DNA of 57,331 nucleotides, counting the filler, from Jimgerdemannia flammicorona (Eukaryota), in assembly GCA_003990765.1 (NCBI GenBank). It is 3 parts of 3 records of this genome, joined end to end, with 100 filler letters (N's around TTAATTAATTAA, not from the genome) between each part and the next. Parts side by side here need not be neighbours in the genome. Positions count along the whole stretch, not along the records: positions 19,153 to 38,193 come from RBNJ01002042.1; 2 more parts are not named here. One strand, given 5' to 3'. Below, piece after piece: positions 24,168 through 36,684 of the stretch. The notes under the pieces were generated by a model. That model was given only the letters and a program-made list of their open reading frames with translations, ran no database searches and was not told where the DNA came from. The position numbers and the translations under genes were made by a program. How positions within the stretch are numbered: position 1 is the first letter of the stretch; each line of letters begins with the position of its first letter.

Positions 24168-25458
24168 CAACTAGTAGTCATAGTTATCCAAAGTAGTATA
24201 ACTATATATAAATATATCTAGTATATTATATTTAATTATTATATATAAATACTCTCTATACTGAGTATATTATAATCTCAGCTCTGCTTGCCTTATATAT
24301 AAGAATAAAGAAATATTTTTATTACAATTTCTCAGATCTGACTTATTAATAATTCTGAGCCTAATTAACTTAGAATATAAATATAGCTATTTCTATCTAT
24401 ATAAGAACTCAAAAGCAATATCTAAACTCTGCTATATTAGGTAATTAGAACTCAGTACTTTCTTAAGAACTCAGAACTTAGGACCAATAGTCATATTGAT
24501 TATTCATAATATATTAATTCTATTAATATAGTTTTATTATAATTTAATAGCAGCAAATAGTTACTTTCTATCCATAAACAATCTTTTTTTAAGAATTTAC
24601 TATAGACAATCAGAACTAATCAATATTACTAATATTGTCAGTAATAGTCAAGATAAACCTTCACCCTGGATACTCCTCAGACCTAAGTAGAAAAATTTAA
24701 TAAAATTATTATCAAGTAAACCAAAACCTATACCAACTAAGAGGAGTTTGACAAACTCAATAAAAAAAACCATCTAAGAAGTATTCAACATCTTTCTTGT
24801 ATTCAATAAAGAAGTTTTCTATATTTCTAAACTTAATGAGGATTTCAACAAACTAATTGGTAGCTACTTTTATAAAAAAATATACTTAAGAATCTATTGA
24901 GGCTATAACTGAACACTTCCTAAAGAACCTCTCAAACAATTACTACTATAAAGCCAAGACCTTCTTGAACTATAAAAAATACTACTCTTATTAAAAGAAA
25001 TTTTACTTTTATTATCAAATTCTTTACATATAAGTAAAAATAATCTAATAATAAGAACTACAAGCTACCAGATCTAGTGAAGCCCCTGCTATATCATCCA
25101 GACCTAAGAAAATAATCAAAGAAATACCTAAACCAGATATTAGTAGCCCCAGCACTATTACAGAACTATCACCAAGAATATTAAGTCTACTAAAGATCAC
25201 AGCAGACCAAATAGTTATTCTATTAAAATTATTAGTCTTCAGACTCACCCATCTCAGCAATATTATGGAAGAATTAAGTTCAAATCATAATTGATATACT
25301 ATAATAATAGAAGAAGACAAAACTCAACTATCTCTAGCAAAATAATATCAGCAGATGATAAGATAGCAATATTGACTGATTAAGTAGCCATACTCACTCA
25401 AGCCCTTTATCTCAGTATTGAAATGAACAAATCTACAAAAGAACTCTACCTCACCCCA
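24168..25458 (+). mobile_element. Highly decayed, probably retroelement-derived sequence
   Basis: AT-rich with A/C-skewed, codon-like stretches similar to the Gypsy leader regions here. No diagnostic motif. Confidence 0.25.
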
Positions 25459-26830
25459 TATAAGAGGGTTACTTATTAAGATAACTGTTATATAGTTCTG
25501 GAAGAATTTTCTGGAAGTTCTAGATATTCTAGAAAACTGTTTTTTTAAGGTTAAGATCAATTTTGTATAGAGTATATCCTTTATGTTTATTGATTTTAAG
25601 ATTGGATTGATGTCTCAACCAAAGTCCTTTTTCAGACTAGTTCTGGATATTCAGGATTTTTTATATGTATTTCAGGAAGTTTAAGAAACTAAGACCAGCT
25701 TAGTTGAATTGACATATTACTATAGACAATATCTAATAAAAATTTCATAATAGAGTTAGGAGTGAGACCTAATAGGGAGTAGATTTACTTAAGAGTAGTT
25801 TGTGGGTTATTAAATAGATTTATTCACTATTTATGATATTTCTATATTAGGAGTAGTTTATATAAAGGGATATTGTGGAAAAGTGCTCAGAAGTTATATT
25901 CAGAATACTTAAGTCTTTAAGTCTAAGATTCTGAGGTCTGGGAGAGGGGATATTTATACTAGTGAGGGGCTATCTGAACTATATTGAATATAGATGTAGT
26001 ACTTAGTATCTTACTAAGTTAGAATGTAGTTATGTAGTATAAGTGTGATCTGACATATTAAGAGATCATCTGACTGCTGAGTCATTTCACAGTTACATTA
26101 TACAAGGTCAATCTAACTATATTAATAACTGCTAAGTTATCTATAGATTTAGATGCTATTTGGGTAGTCTTTGATAACATCACTATTGATGATATCATCT
26201 CTGATAAAGTAGTTATCTAGAAAGAGTGGTTTACAGATTACTTCTCCCTGCTTACTAAGATAATAATACATCAGGACTTTATTATCATTCTATAGGATAG
26301 TATCATCTGTCTTATATACTGAGTATGGAGTTAGTGGGCAAGAGAGGGGTACATCATCTTTACTTTTATCAGATTTACTGTCTGCATACCTTCTATATAT
26401 TATGGTACTATAAGTTGCAGAGTTGTAGTATACTAGTGGTTATACTTTATATTATTTATACTTAGGTGGTGGAGTTATTAGTTCAATCTCAAGAATTGTC
26501 TAGAGATATAGATTGTATTCTCTAGTCTCTTCATTATAGTTAAAGTAACTGGGGGTAAATATGAGCTAGTATTCATACCAGTGGTTATTATTCCAATAGA
26601 TCTTATAAGTGGTTATGAACTGTTATAAGTTCATCAATAAGGCTAGTAGAGTGATCAGGGTTGGCAGAGATCCCTGGCTCAAGATTATATTGACATCAGA
26701 GAGATCATTGTCTTCTGCTTTGTCATCATCAAATCAGATTATATCATAGATATTCTTCATGATATATCCAACTTAAAGTATTTGCAGAATGTAGTTATCA
26801 AGGTATAAGAAGATTCTATCTGATAATCTT
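25459..26830 (-). repeat. Truncated, decayed family A LTR (U5/R and 3' part of U3)
   Basis: Starts TATAAGAGGG (reverse complement of the LTR end) and follows the 22080 LTR for ~1.37 kb. Confidence 0.9.
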
Positions 26831-27296
26831 AATAATTATTTTAAAGAGAAAAAATATATAATCTTAGCAATATAAGTTTAGTATCTTGAGATCTTATAAT
26901 AACTCAGTTACTTTTAATAAAGTCTATAACTTCAGCTTTGAGTTAATTGAGATCTTCTATAGATAAGTGATAAGATCTTGAGATATAACTTTTTTAAGAT
27001 AAATAATATATAGTTTAAAATATATAACAGAATATATACTTAATATATATAGAGAACTTTGTTGATTTAACTATCAGTAATTAGTAGTTTTCTAATAAGA
27101 TCTTTCTAATTATTATGTTTAATTTTATTACAGAAGTAATAATTAATCCTATAATTATACTAAAGAATAAAATAGGGTTTAATAACTTTGAGCTAATATA
27201 TTATAGTATTATAGTAGTTAATAAAGTAATTTAAATCTTTTATATAAAAGTTTAATATTTAGATAATATATAATAAGCTCTCTTAATAGTATTAGG

Positions 27297-27822
27297 TAGT
27301 GCTCTGAATGAGCTAATCCAGATCAGATTTAAATCTCATCTGGATTGATTTGAATCAATCATTGTTTTGATTTCCAAATTAGACAATTAAATGTTTATAT
27401 TAATAACTTAATGAATATTTATCCAATTTTGATAATCTTAATATCATTTGAAAGCTCTTAATAAAGCCTTTCTAATGATATTAAGAATATTGAAATTGGA
27501 TCATATATTACTGAGTTATCAAGAAAAACATCTGATAAAAAAAAAAAAAAACATCTGACTTACTAATTTTAGAAATTTCTTCAAAAGAATATTTTCTTTA
27601 ATAGCTTGGCAATGTGCAATCCAATTTCAATATTCTTGATATCATTAGAAAGGCCTTATTAAGAGCATTTAAATGATACTAAGATTATCAAAATTGGATA
27701 ATTATTTATCAAGTTATTGATGTAAACATTTAATTGTCTAATTTGGAAATCAAAATAATGGTTGATTTGTGTCAATCTAGATGGAATTCAATTTAGATTA
27801 AATTGACTCATTTGGAGCACTA
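27297..27822. mobile_element. hAT-family non-autonomous fold-back element (MITE)
   Basis: TIR TAGTGCTC...GAGCACTA, ~230-bp inverted arms and an 8-bp TSD GTATTAGG/GTATTAAA. The terminus matches the hAT at 36165. Confidence 0.9.
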
Positions 27823-28684
27823 GTATTAAAGATATAAATCTTAAGTTAAGAAATAGAAGTAAAATAATAAATTATTTGGTAAGTTATATAATATTTAGAA
27901 GCTATTATAATAGATACTAATTTTGAAGATATTTATATAGTTTTTAAATAATAAAATTAAAGTTACTATTAGTTTAATATTTGTTTTGAGATATAGAAAT
28001 TTATAATCTAAATTAATAATTTAAGTAAGATCTTTAAATAGTATTATTTAATAGTTATATTGCTTTATTATTAATAGAGATTAGATTAGATAGTGTGACG
28101 GTACAGCTAGATTTGGAAGAAGGAAATAGGGAATAGACACTTGATCACACCCATTCCCAAAGTAGTATAGCATTATAGTTAGCAGTCCTCGATTTTGACA
28201 TTGTCTAAATTCTTAGACATTGTCTAAATTTTGGACATTATCCAAATCAGATACCCCGATTTAGTATAGCATTTAGACATTGTCCAAATGTTTTGACAAA
28301 GTCCAAATAACTCATTTGTTACTTAGCCACCATCTCATAGCTAGCAAACTTGTATAAATAACCCAGTATCTTCGAGTGAATAAACCTCAGATCGAAATAG
28401 TTCAAAAGCAAAGAGATAGCAAAGGAACTAGTAAGCCTGCAGACAGATACACTTCGAACTCACCCACCCTCCCCTGCAACTTCAAGAGACTCTGTGAGAG
28501 TCAGAACAGTCAAGTTTTCAAGATACAGAAATCCGACATACTTTCAAGAGTAAGCATCCGCTACGTTACAACTTGGTGCCCATTGGCTAGTGATTCAAGA
28601 CGAATTCCTCACTTTCAAGCTGAACAATGAACAACCGCCACTACCCGAACAACCATACAAACCAAGCCCCAATACCCAGACAAG

Positions 28685-31600
28685 ATGGATATAAGACCGC
28701 CAGTATTCCATGGATATACCTCAGATGAATCAATTATCACCTTCATTGATGATTTTGAGCAGTATGCTGCTGTAAGGACTCTGACAGCAGTACAGCAAGT
28801 AGCCCTCATGCCCTTCAGCCTACAAGGCCCTGCCAGAGCAGCATTCATAACCACAACCCATGCAGGAAATAATGCTGATGTCATACTGACAGCACAGAAG
28901 ACCTGGCTCCGAAACACATATTACACAGATGAGATCAAGCAAGCCCTGAAGGATCAGCTCAACACAACGTGCCAAGAAATGAGCGAGGATCCAAATACAT
29001 TCTATACCAGAATTCGATATCAGATAATTCTTGCAGATTATGCTGCTGCTACCCGAGATCAAGTAGCTGAAGCAACCTTCATGAAAGGAGTCCATCCAGA
29101 AATAGCCATGGCCATCTGCTCATTACCAGTGATTCTGGATCTGCCACAAAGGGTCACCTATGCTCAGTGATACTGGATAGCCAGACACCCACAAGACCAT
29201 ACAATGGAGAGAGTTACAGGAGTCAGAATCGAGGCACCCAAGGCAACCAGTGTGATCCCCACCACAATGATCAATCGAAACACACCTCAGCCAAAAGCTA
29301 CCGAGCAGCAAAAGAACAGCAACCCTATGGAGGAACTCGCCAAAAGGTTTGCTGAAATGACCGCCCACCTGGGAGATATGGTAAAGGAAATCCGAGGAAG
29401 ATATCACCGCCCTGTTCAGAAGTTTGCCACCACCTCAGACAAGAAGAAAGGTACCTGCTATAGCTGCGGAGAAGAAGGCCACTACTCCTACGAATGTATG
29501 AGTGAAACCAAACACAAGGCTCAATCAAGCAATGCCATACGAAACAAGGAGCAGGCCAATACAATCACCTTTGAAGAAATTGGAGAATCTGATGAAGAGG
29601 AATGGGAGGCCTATCCTGCTCAAACAATCAAGAAGGATGTTTGCAAAGAACCCTACAAGAGACCACCAGAAAGACCCAAGAAGAACCCAGTGGAAAAGCG
29701 GATGGAAACTGACACAGAAAGCCAAGTTGAAGAGATGGACCAAGATATTGAGCTGGAGCAAGCAGTTCAAGATATCATCCGAGGGACCACTCCAGCCAGC
29801 AAAGGAGAAAAAGAAAAGAAGCTTTGCAAGACCAAGACCTTCAAGTACAATATCTTCAAGGATCTCAGTCAACAAAAGGTCAATGCAACCTTTGGTCAGC
29901 TTGCAGAAATCCCAACATTCAGACAGCAAATGAGGTTTGGACTTGCCGAAACAACCAAGGAACAAGAATGGAAGATAACCAAGGCCAATAATGTTCAAGA
30001 GGACTCAGGAGAAGAAAGTGAGGACAATTGCAAAACCTCTGCTTATGCAACATACCAAATTGAGGATCGAGTCTTTGAAGCCATCATTGACACAGGAGCA
30101 GGAGGATGTCTCTTCAGTAAGAAAGCAGCAGACCGCTTAGGTTGGGATGTGGAAGAAGCAACTAAGCTAGTATTCGTCACAGCCAATGGCACAAGAGCCA
30201 CACCTCTGGGAAAGATCCAAGATGTTCCCATCAAGATTGGAGGAGCAACAATCCTAGTAGATGTAATTGTAACCAATACCACCAACTATGACATCCTCAT
30301 TGGCAATCAATGGCTTCACAAAGCCAAGGCGGTAATCGATCTCAATGCCCAGAAGATGCAGATCACCTACCGGGGACAGAAGATATGAATTCCCATCAAT
30401 GTCAACAAAGGAGTCCTGCCTGATATGGAGGAAGAAGAGAGCAAGCAAGAGGAAGCTTATATGGTGACTACCCCAAAGAAGAAGAAAGTTGGATGGATGA
30501 GTGAAGAAGAATGGTGCAAGAAGATCACAGAAGGTTATGCCCCACAAGGAGTCTGTCCTCATGGAATCAAGATGTACTGTATGGAGCATGTCAATGATTG
30601 CTACCAGTGCATCATCGGAACCAGGAAGATCTACCAGGAAAGAAGCCAGAAAGCTCTCAAAAAACAGATCAGGGAAGAAGAGAAGGAGGAAGATGATGAA
30701 CCACCAGCCCTCCTGGAGGACAGCGATGATGAAGAAGAAATCAAGGTCAAGATTCAAAAGATCCACCCTGATGCAGTCTTGCCAGAATACACATCAGAAA
30801 ATGCAACCGGAATGGACATCGCTACAGTAGAAGAAACTGTACTCAAACCCCAGACAACCACCCTACTCGCAACTGGACTAGAGATGACCATCCCAAAGGA
30901 TCATGTCGGGATTCTCAAGACAAGAAGCAGCCTGGCTAGAAGCGAAATCACAATCGAAGGAGGAGTCATTGATTCAGACTATACTGGGGAAATTCTACTC
31001 ATTGCTAGGAACCACAATTCTACAATTCCATTCCCAGTCAAGAAGAAGGACTGATTGGTACAGATGTTGATCTTCCCGATCATACAGCCAAGGATCATAC
31101 AAGTCAAGAATCTGGAGGAAATGAAAAGAGGAAAGAAAGGATTCAGATCCACAGGAAGAGGAGTATTCACCAGTACCAAGATCACTAAACTCGAGCATAA
31201 GAAGGAGGAAAACATGAGCAAGCACAGTTACACCATTGGAGACAAATTCCCACTCAAGGAGGAACTCAAGAAAATACTCCACAAATTCGAGGATGTCCTT
31301 GCCACGGATTTTAAGGATATCAAGGGAAAGACCCCACACTACTATTATGAGATAGATACTGGAGACACTGAACCAATTTATCAGAAAGCAAGACCTGTCC
31401 CACCAGCCTACCAAGAATGGCTCAGAGAAGAAATCAAGCAGATGGAAGAAGCCGGCATCATCAAAAAAGCCAGTAGCCCCTGGTCTTCACCAGTTGTACT
31501 AGCCCCGAAAAAAGGAAGCAAACCTGGAGAATTTGCCCCAAGGTTCTGTGTCAACTACAGAAAGCTCAATGCAGTCACCAAGAAGGATCGCCAACCACTG

Positions 31601-32676
31601 CCACTCATCAGCGACATTCTTATAACACTGGGAGACGAAGTACAGTCTACAGCACCTTGGACTTATACTCAGGATTCCACCAAATCGGACTCACAGAAAT
31701 GGCAAGTGAAACGTCAGCCTTCATCACCCCAGATGGAACCTACATCTACCTACGAATGCCATTTAGAATGTGCAATGCACCAGCAAGCTTTCAGCGAATG
31801 ATGAATAAAATCTTCTGTTATGACATGGGAAGATGGATGATGGTCTATGTTGATGACATAATCATCTACAGCAAGACAGCCGAGGAATATCTGCAGCACA
31901 TACAGCAGATAATGGAGAGACTAAGACAACATGGCCTTTATATCAAACCCAAGAAGTACAAGTTTGCGGAAATCGAGATCTCCTATCTTGGCCATATCAT
32001 CAATCAAGATGAAACACACACAGATCCCCTCAAAATACAAGCAGTAGTAGCATACCCAAGGCCCACTACCATCACAGAAGCCCAAGCCTTCATGGGACTT
32101 GCCTCCTACTATCGCAGATTCATTAGAGGATTCTCCAACATCGCAGGCCCAATCTACAAACTCAACAAGAAGGATACCAAGTTCCAGTGGACTGGCAGAC
32201 AACAAAAAGTATTTGACAAACTCAAGGTCAGACTAACTCAGGCACCCATCCTCAGATGACCCAATTGGATCCAAGAATTTATCCTTAAGACGGATGCAAG
32301 CGCACAGGGACTAGGAGCAGTCCTGGCTCAAAAAGAAGACAAAAAAGAGTATGTCATTACATATCTTAGCTGCGGAACCCAAGGGGCTGAAAAAGAATAT
32401 GAGTCCTACAAGTTGGAATGCCTTGCAGTCATCTGGGCTGTGGAAAAGTTCCACTACTATCTGGCTGGAAGACACTTCACCATCCAGACAGACCACTCAG
32501 CTCTCACCTAGCTATTAACAACCGGACAACCCAAGGGAATCTATGCCAGATGGATAATGAAGTTACAAGCCTATGTTGTAACCATCGTGCACCGCCTTGG
32601 AAGAACAAATTCCAATGCAGATGCTCTCTCACAGACACCTCGAACTACCTCCAACCAACAAATCAATCATGAATAA
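28685..32676 (+). pseudogene. Family C gag-PR-dUTPase-RT-RNase H polyprotein
   Basis: CYSCGEEGHYSYEC knuckle; IIDTGA; GMDI..RSSL..GGVIDSDYTGEI..RGKKGFRSTG; SPWSSPVV; YVDD; TDAS; NADALS. One frame from 28685 to ~31640 with TGA stops, then a 1-nt shift inside RT. Confidence 0.92.
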
Positions 32677-33859
32677 GGAGCTCTATTATGGAATCATCAC
32701 ATACCTGGGACAGCAAAAGATGCCCCAATATCTGGAAGAATGGATACAAACAATTATCAACAGGACATGAAAACAATTCGAAACCGATGGAGAAATACTG
32801 AAGAAAGGAAAACTACTGGTCATACCAGAACACAAGAAGGAGCAAGCGATGAAATCAGTACATGAACTTGGCCACTTAGGAGGAACAAACATACATGACA
32901 AGGCAAGAAGAACAATATGGTGGCCAGGAATGGAGGAAGATATCAGACAATTCGTCAAAACATGTGACAAATACCAGAAACAGAAACAAGACCAACAGAA
33001 TCAAGCCCCAGGATCAGCACACATAGAACCAGTACCATTTGTCCATATAGCAATGGATGTAATCGGCCCTCTACCCTTGACCCTGACTGGTAACCGATAC
33101 ATCATTGTCATCGTAGACCTTTTTATGAAGTGGATAGAAGCAGGATCTCTCAAGGAAGCCAATGCACAGTCAATTGCCAATTTCTTCCACAAGGAAATCA
33201 TCTGCCAGTTCAAGACCCCAACACAAGTAACTACAGATAGAGGAACAGAATTCGTGAACCAGCTCTTTGAGGTTCTCTACAAGAAGTACAAGATCTAGCA
33301 CATTCAGACCACAGCCTATCACTCTCAAGGAAATAGACAAGTAGAAAGGACCAACAAAACCCTCAAGAATGTTATCGTCAAGATCTGTAATAACTACGAG
33401 AACTGGAATCACTATCTGCCAATAGTATTATCTGCTCTCCGGGATATCCGATCACAAACCACCCACTTTACCCCCTGAGAAATACTGTTTGGAGAAGAAT
33501 GTTCTCAAGGAACCCTATCATCCAATGCAGATGCTGTATGGAAACATGTGGACATTGAAATATGGAGACTACACCAAATCAGGAAGAAGGCTGAGGATTA
33601 CATAACCAAGACACAGACACTACAATGGAGGAATGCGGAAAAGATCCACAAGCCCTTGGAGATTATCAAGATAGGAGACAAGGTCCTGGTGTATCGGAAC
33701 ATAGTAGAAGCTTCATGGTCATGAAAACTGGAGCCCAAGTGGGAAGGACCTTACCTTGTGCAAGATATAAAAGGGACCACCTTTTGGCTACGAAAACCCT
33801 CAGGCACAATAATCCCCACCACCATTCACCGAAACTGACTCAAGAAATATCATGGCTAG
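32669..33859 (+). pseudogene. Family C integrase, apparently a separate ORF with its own ATG
   Basis: MNKELYYGIITYL..., H..GH/CxxY remnant, MDVIGPLP, TDRGTEF, VERTNKTLK and GPY. A few nonsense codons; no chromodomain. Confidence 0.85.
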
Positions 33860-34286
33860 TAACAAAAGTACTGCAATGGCACTCAAGATCACTAGTGTTG
33901 CCCAAAGAGCCATCAAAAGACAATGGCACACCACCGAGCCTCCGACCATAGAGCTATACTATGAGGATATTCAGAGTATTATGCAGACTCATCTCTCTTG
34001 GATTTCACACTTTAGAGCCTATCAATATTGGACAGAATTCCAAGAGTACTTCAAGCTTGGACAGGTACTCAATCAGGATCCAGCAAAGATCAAGGAGGAC
34101 TGGATTGCCGAGTGTCAACTCTCCCACTCCCAGATCACTATTGCCAAAAGGATCCACAAGTTATTCCGAGAAGATGAAGCAGCGATAGACCACCTGAGAG
34201 GAGTAACTCCTACCAACTTTGAGAAAGTGAGAAGACATCATTGGGAAACAGTCATGCAGCAAATCGCACAGTACAAGGCCATATAG
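33852..34286 (+). CDS. 144-aa accessory ORF between integrase and the 3' LTR (env position), unknown function
   Basis: Intact ORF whose ATG overlaps the integrase stop. It shares motifs with the LTR ORFs of A and B. No transmembrane segment seen. Confidence 0.75.
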   Translation: MASNKSTAMALKITSVAQRAIKRQWHTTEPPTIELYYEDIQSIMQTHLSWISHFRAYQYWTEFQEYFKLGQVLNQDPAKIKEDWIAECQLSHSQITIAKRIHKLFREDEAAIDHLRGVTPTNFEKVRRHHWETVMQQIAQYKAI

Positions 34287-34827
34287 ACTGTTGAAGCCTG
34301 GGAGTTTGAATAGATGCCTCAGGGACGAGACCATCCATTCAGGAGGAAGTTGTGATGGTACAGCCAGATTTGGAAGAAGGAAATAGGGAATAGACACTTG
34401 ATTGCACCCATTCCCAAAGTAGTATAGCATTATAGTTAGCAGTCCTCAATTTCGATATTGTCTAAATTCTTAGACATTGTCTAAATTTTAGATATTATCT
34501 AAATTGGATACCTCGATTTAGTATAGCATTTAGACATTGTCCAAATGTTTTGACAAAGTCCAAATGACTCATTTATTACTTAGCCACTCTCTCATAGCTA
34601 GCAAACTTGTATAAATAACCCAGTATCTTCGAGTGAATAAACCTTAGATCGAAATAGTTCAAAGCAAAGAGATAGCAAAGGAACTAGTAAGCCTGTGGGC
34701 AGATACACTTCGAACTCACCCACCCTCCCCTGCAACTTCAAGAAGACTCTGCAAGAGTCAGAACAGTCAAGTTTTCAAGATACAGAGATCTGACGTACTT
34801 TCAAGAGTAAGCATCTACTATGCTACA

Positions 34828-35832
34828 ATATATAACTCAAAATTGGTTAGAAAAATTAATATGAAGTTAAAAAAGAAATTTATTATGATAGATATAAAAG
34901 AGAAGATATTTTAAAAGATAGAATAATATTTTTAAATTAAATCAGTATTTAGGAAAAAATTCTAATAATATCTGATGAAGATGATATTGAAAAATTATTT
35001 TATCCTGAGCTTAAAATTAAAAATTAATAAAAAATATTATATTTTTATTACCTATGATAAATCTGTATTTTATTCAAATAATAGTAAAAAATTAATTTAT
35101 ATCCTTAAGATGAAATATATTTTTTAAAAAAAGAAAAAGGATATATACTAATAGAGAGTAAATTTTTAACTAGAACAATTAGACTTTTATATTTAAATAA
35201 AGAATAACAATTATTATTTTCTAATATAACTAAAATAACTAAAGAAAAAATTAGATCAGGAGTTAATAGAGATAGTTGGTAGGCTGCTGAAGATATTATT
35301 AAATAAGTAAAAAATAAAGCAATTTCTATCTTTAAACTATATATCTTGATTATATTATAATTATTACTTTTGATAATTCAACAGAATATTAAGCATTTAT
35401 AGAAGATTTTTTAAATATTAATAAAATGAATTTAAATTGAAAAGAAAAATAAAAAAAAAATTAAGAAATATAATTTTAAAAAATAGTGAAATATAGTTCA
35501 TAAATTTTAAAGATAATTATTTTAAAGAAGAAAAAAGAGATCAACTAAAAGAAATGAAAATAATTTTACATAAAAGAGAATTATAAAAAGATAATTTATT
35601 AAAAATTTGTTAACAATATATTAAAATTAAAGAAAAACATTTAAGAAATGATTATTATATATAGAGAATTTTAGAATTACTATCTGACTTTTTAAATCAA
35701 AAATGTATACTTGAAGAAATTATTACTAAAGCTGGGCATAAAATTATTTTTTTTCCAAAATTTCATTGTGAACTTAATTATATTGAAATATATTGGAGAG
35801 CTGTAAAATTATTAATAAGAGAATATTATAAT
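34828..35832 (+). pseudogene. Decayed IS630/Tc1/mariner-like DDE transposase, probably beginning upstream of the family C insertion
   Basis: Remnants IYYD(GH)..RED, LLFDNST, DFLNQKCILEEIITKAGHKIIFFPKFHCELNYIE.YW. Confidence 0.75.
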
Positions 35833-36164
35833 TAGTACTTCCAATGAATTGAATTGAATCAATTTGAATTGAGGTCCAATTTGATTTGAGGTCTGATTTG
35901 AACTCTATTTTTAGAATTTTAATGACCCAATGAATATATATCTAAATTCAATGATTTTTCTATTTTTTTATTTATTTTTTTTATTATAAAATGAGTAGAG
36001 AATAGAGGAATAGTTTAGAGTGAGATGTGATACTATTACGGTGGATATGAAGATTGGTGGTAATGGTCAAGCAGTAGAAAATGATAAGCTTATGTGAATT
36101 TTTATAACAGAATAAGGAAACAGAATAAAGTGTTTTCTAAAGCAAGGTATAATAGATCTACAAC
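35833..36164 (+). mobile_element. Older degenerate hAT-type left end
   Basis: TAGTACTTCCAATGAATTGAATTGAATC resembles the termini at 511, 27297 and 36165. It cuts off the DDE gene. Confidence 0.45.
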
Positions 36165-36184
36165 TAGTGCTCCGAACAAGTCAA

Positions 36185-36600
36185 TTCAAATCAAATCCGG
36201 ATTCGATTCGTCACATGACGGTTTGATTCGAATCTCAAATCCGAAGCCATCCGGATCAACTTGGATTTAATCTGAATCACCCCATCCGAATCGCCCCATC
36301 CGAATCACCCATCCGAACCACCCCAATCCGAATCACTCAATCCGAATCACTCAATCCGAATCGCCCCATCTGAATCACCCCATCCGAATCACCCATCCGA
36401 ATCACCCATCCGAACCACTCCAATCCGAACCACTCAATCTGAATCACTCAATCCGAATCACTCAATCCAAATCACTCAATCCGAATCACTCAATCTGAAT
36501 CCTCCAATTTGAATCCTCCAATTTGAATCCTCCAATTCGAATTCTTCAATCCGAATCCTCATCCAAATCCTTCAACCAAATCCTCCAATCCAAATCCTCC
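36185..36600. repeat. hAT subterminal array of ATCCGAATC-core units (12-14 bp period)
   Basis: Directly visible, more than 20 units. Confidence 0.9.
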
Positions 36601-36684
36601 ACATGACTCATATGCCAGACATGTCCACAACACAACACACACACACGCATACATACACATGTACATGCAAACACGCAAACACAC

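Larger units (their letters stand above)
28094..34827 (+). mobile_element. Full-length Ty3/Gypsy family C element (non-chromovirus type, with dUTPase)
   Basis: 477-bp LTRs at 28094-28570 and 34351-34827, PBS TGGTGCCCATTGG at 28574, PPT AGGAGGAAG at 34341, imperfect 4-bp TSD ATAG/ATAT. Confidence 0.95.

Noticed and set aside
26830..27296. AT-rich stretch as a regulatory or origin-like region
   Set aside because: Its TpA-rich composition matches hypermutated TE relics elsewhere in the window, and no feature is supportable.
33852..34286. env gene call based on position
   Set aside because: It is too short and shows no signal peptide, furin site or transmembrane helix.
36270..36600. Regular short repeat array as a CRISPR or satellite
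   Set aside because: There are no unique spacers. It lies between a hAT TIR and the transposase, as expected of subterminal repeats.
36630..36684. CA-rich microsatellite-like tract
   Set aside because: It is a short, imperfect simple repeat in the hAT 5' leader with no further structure.
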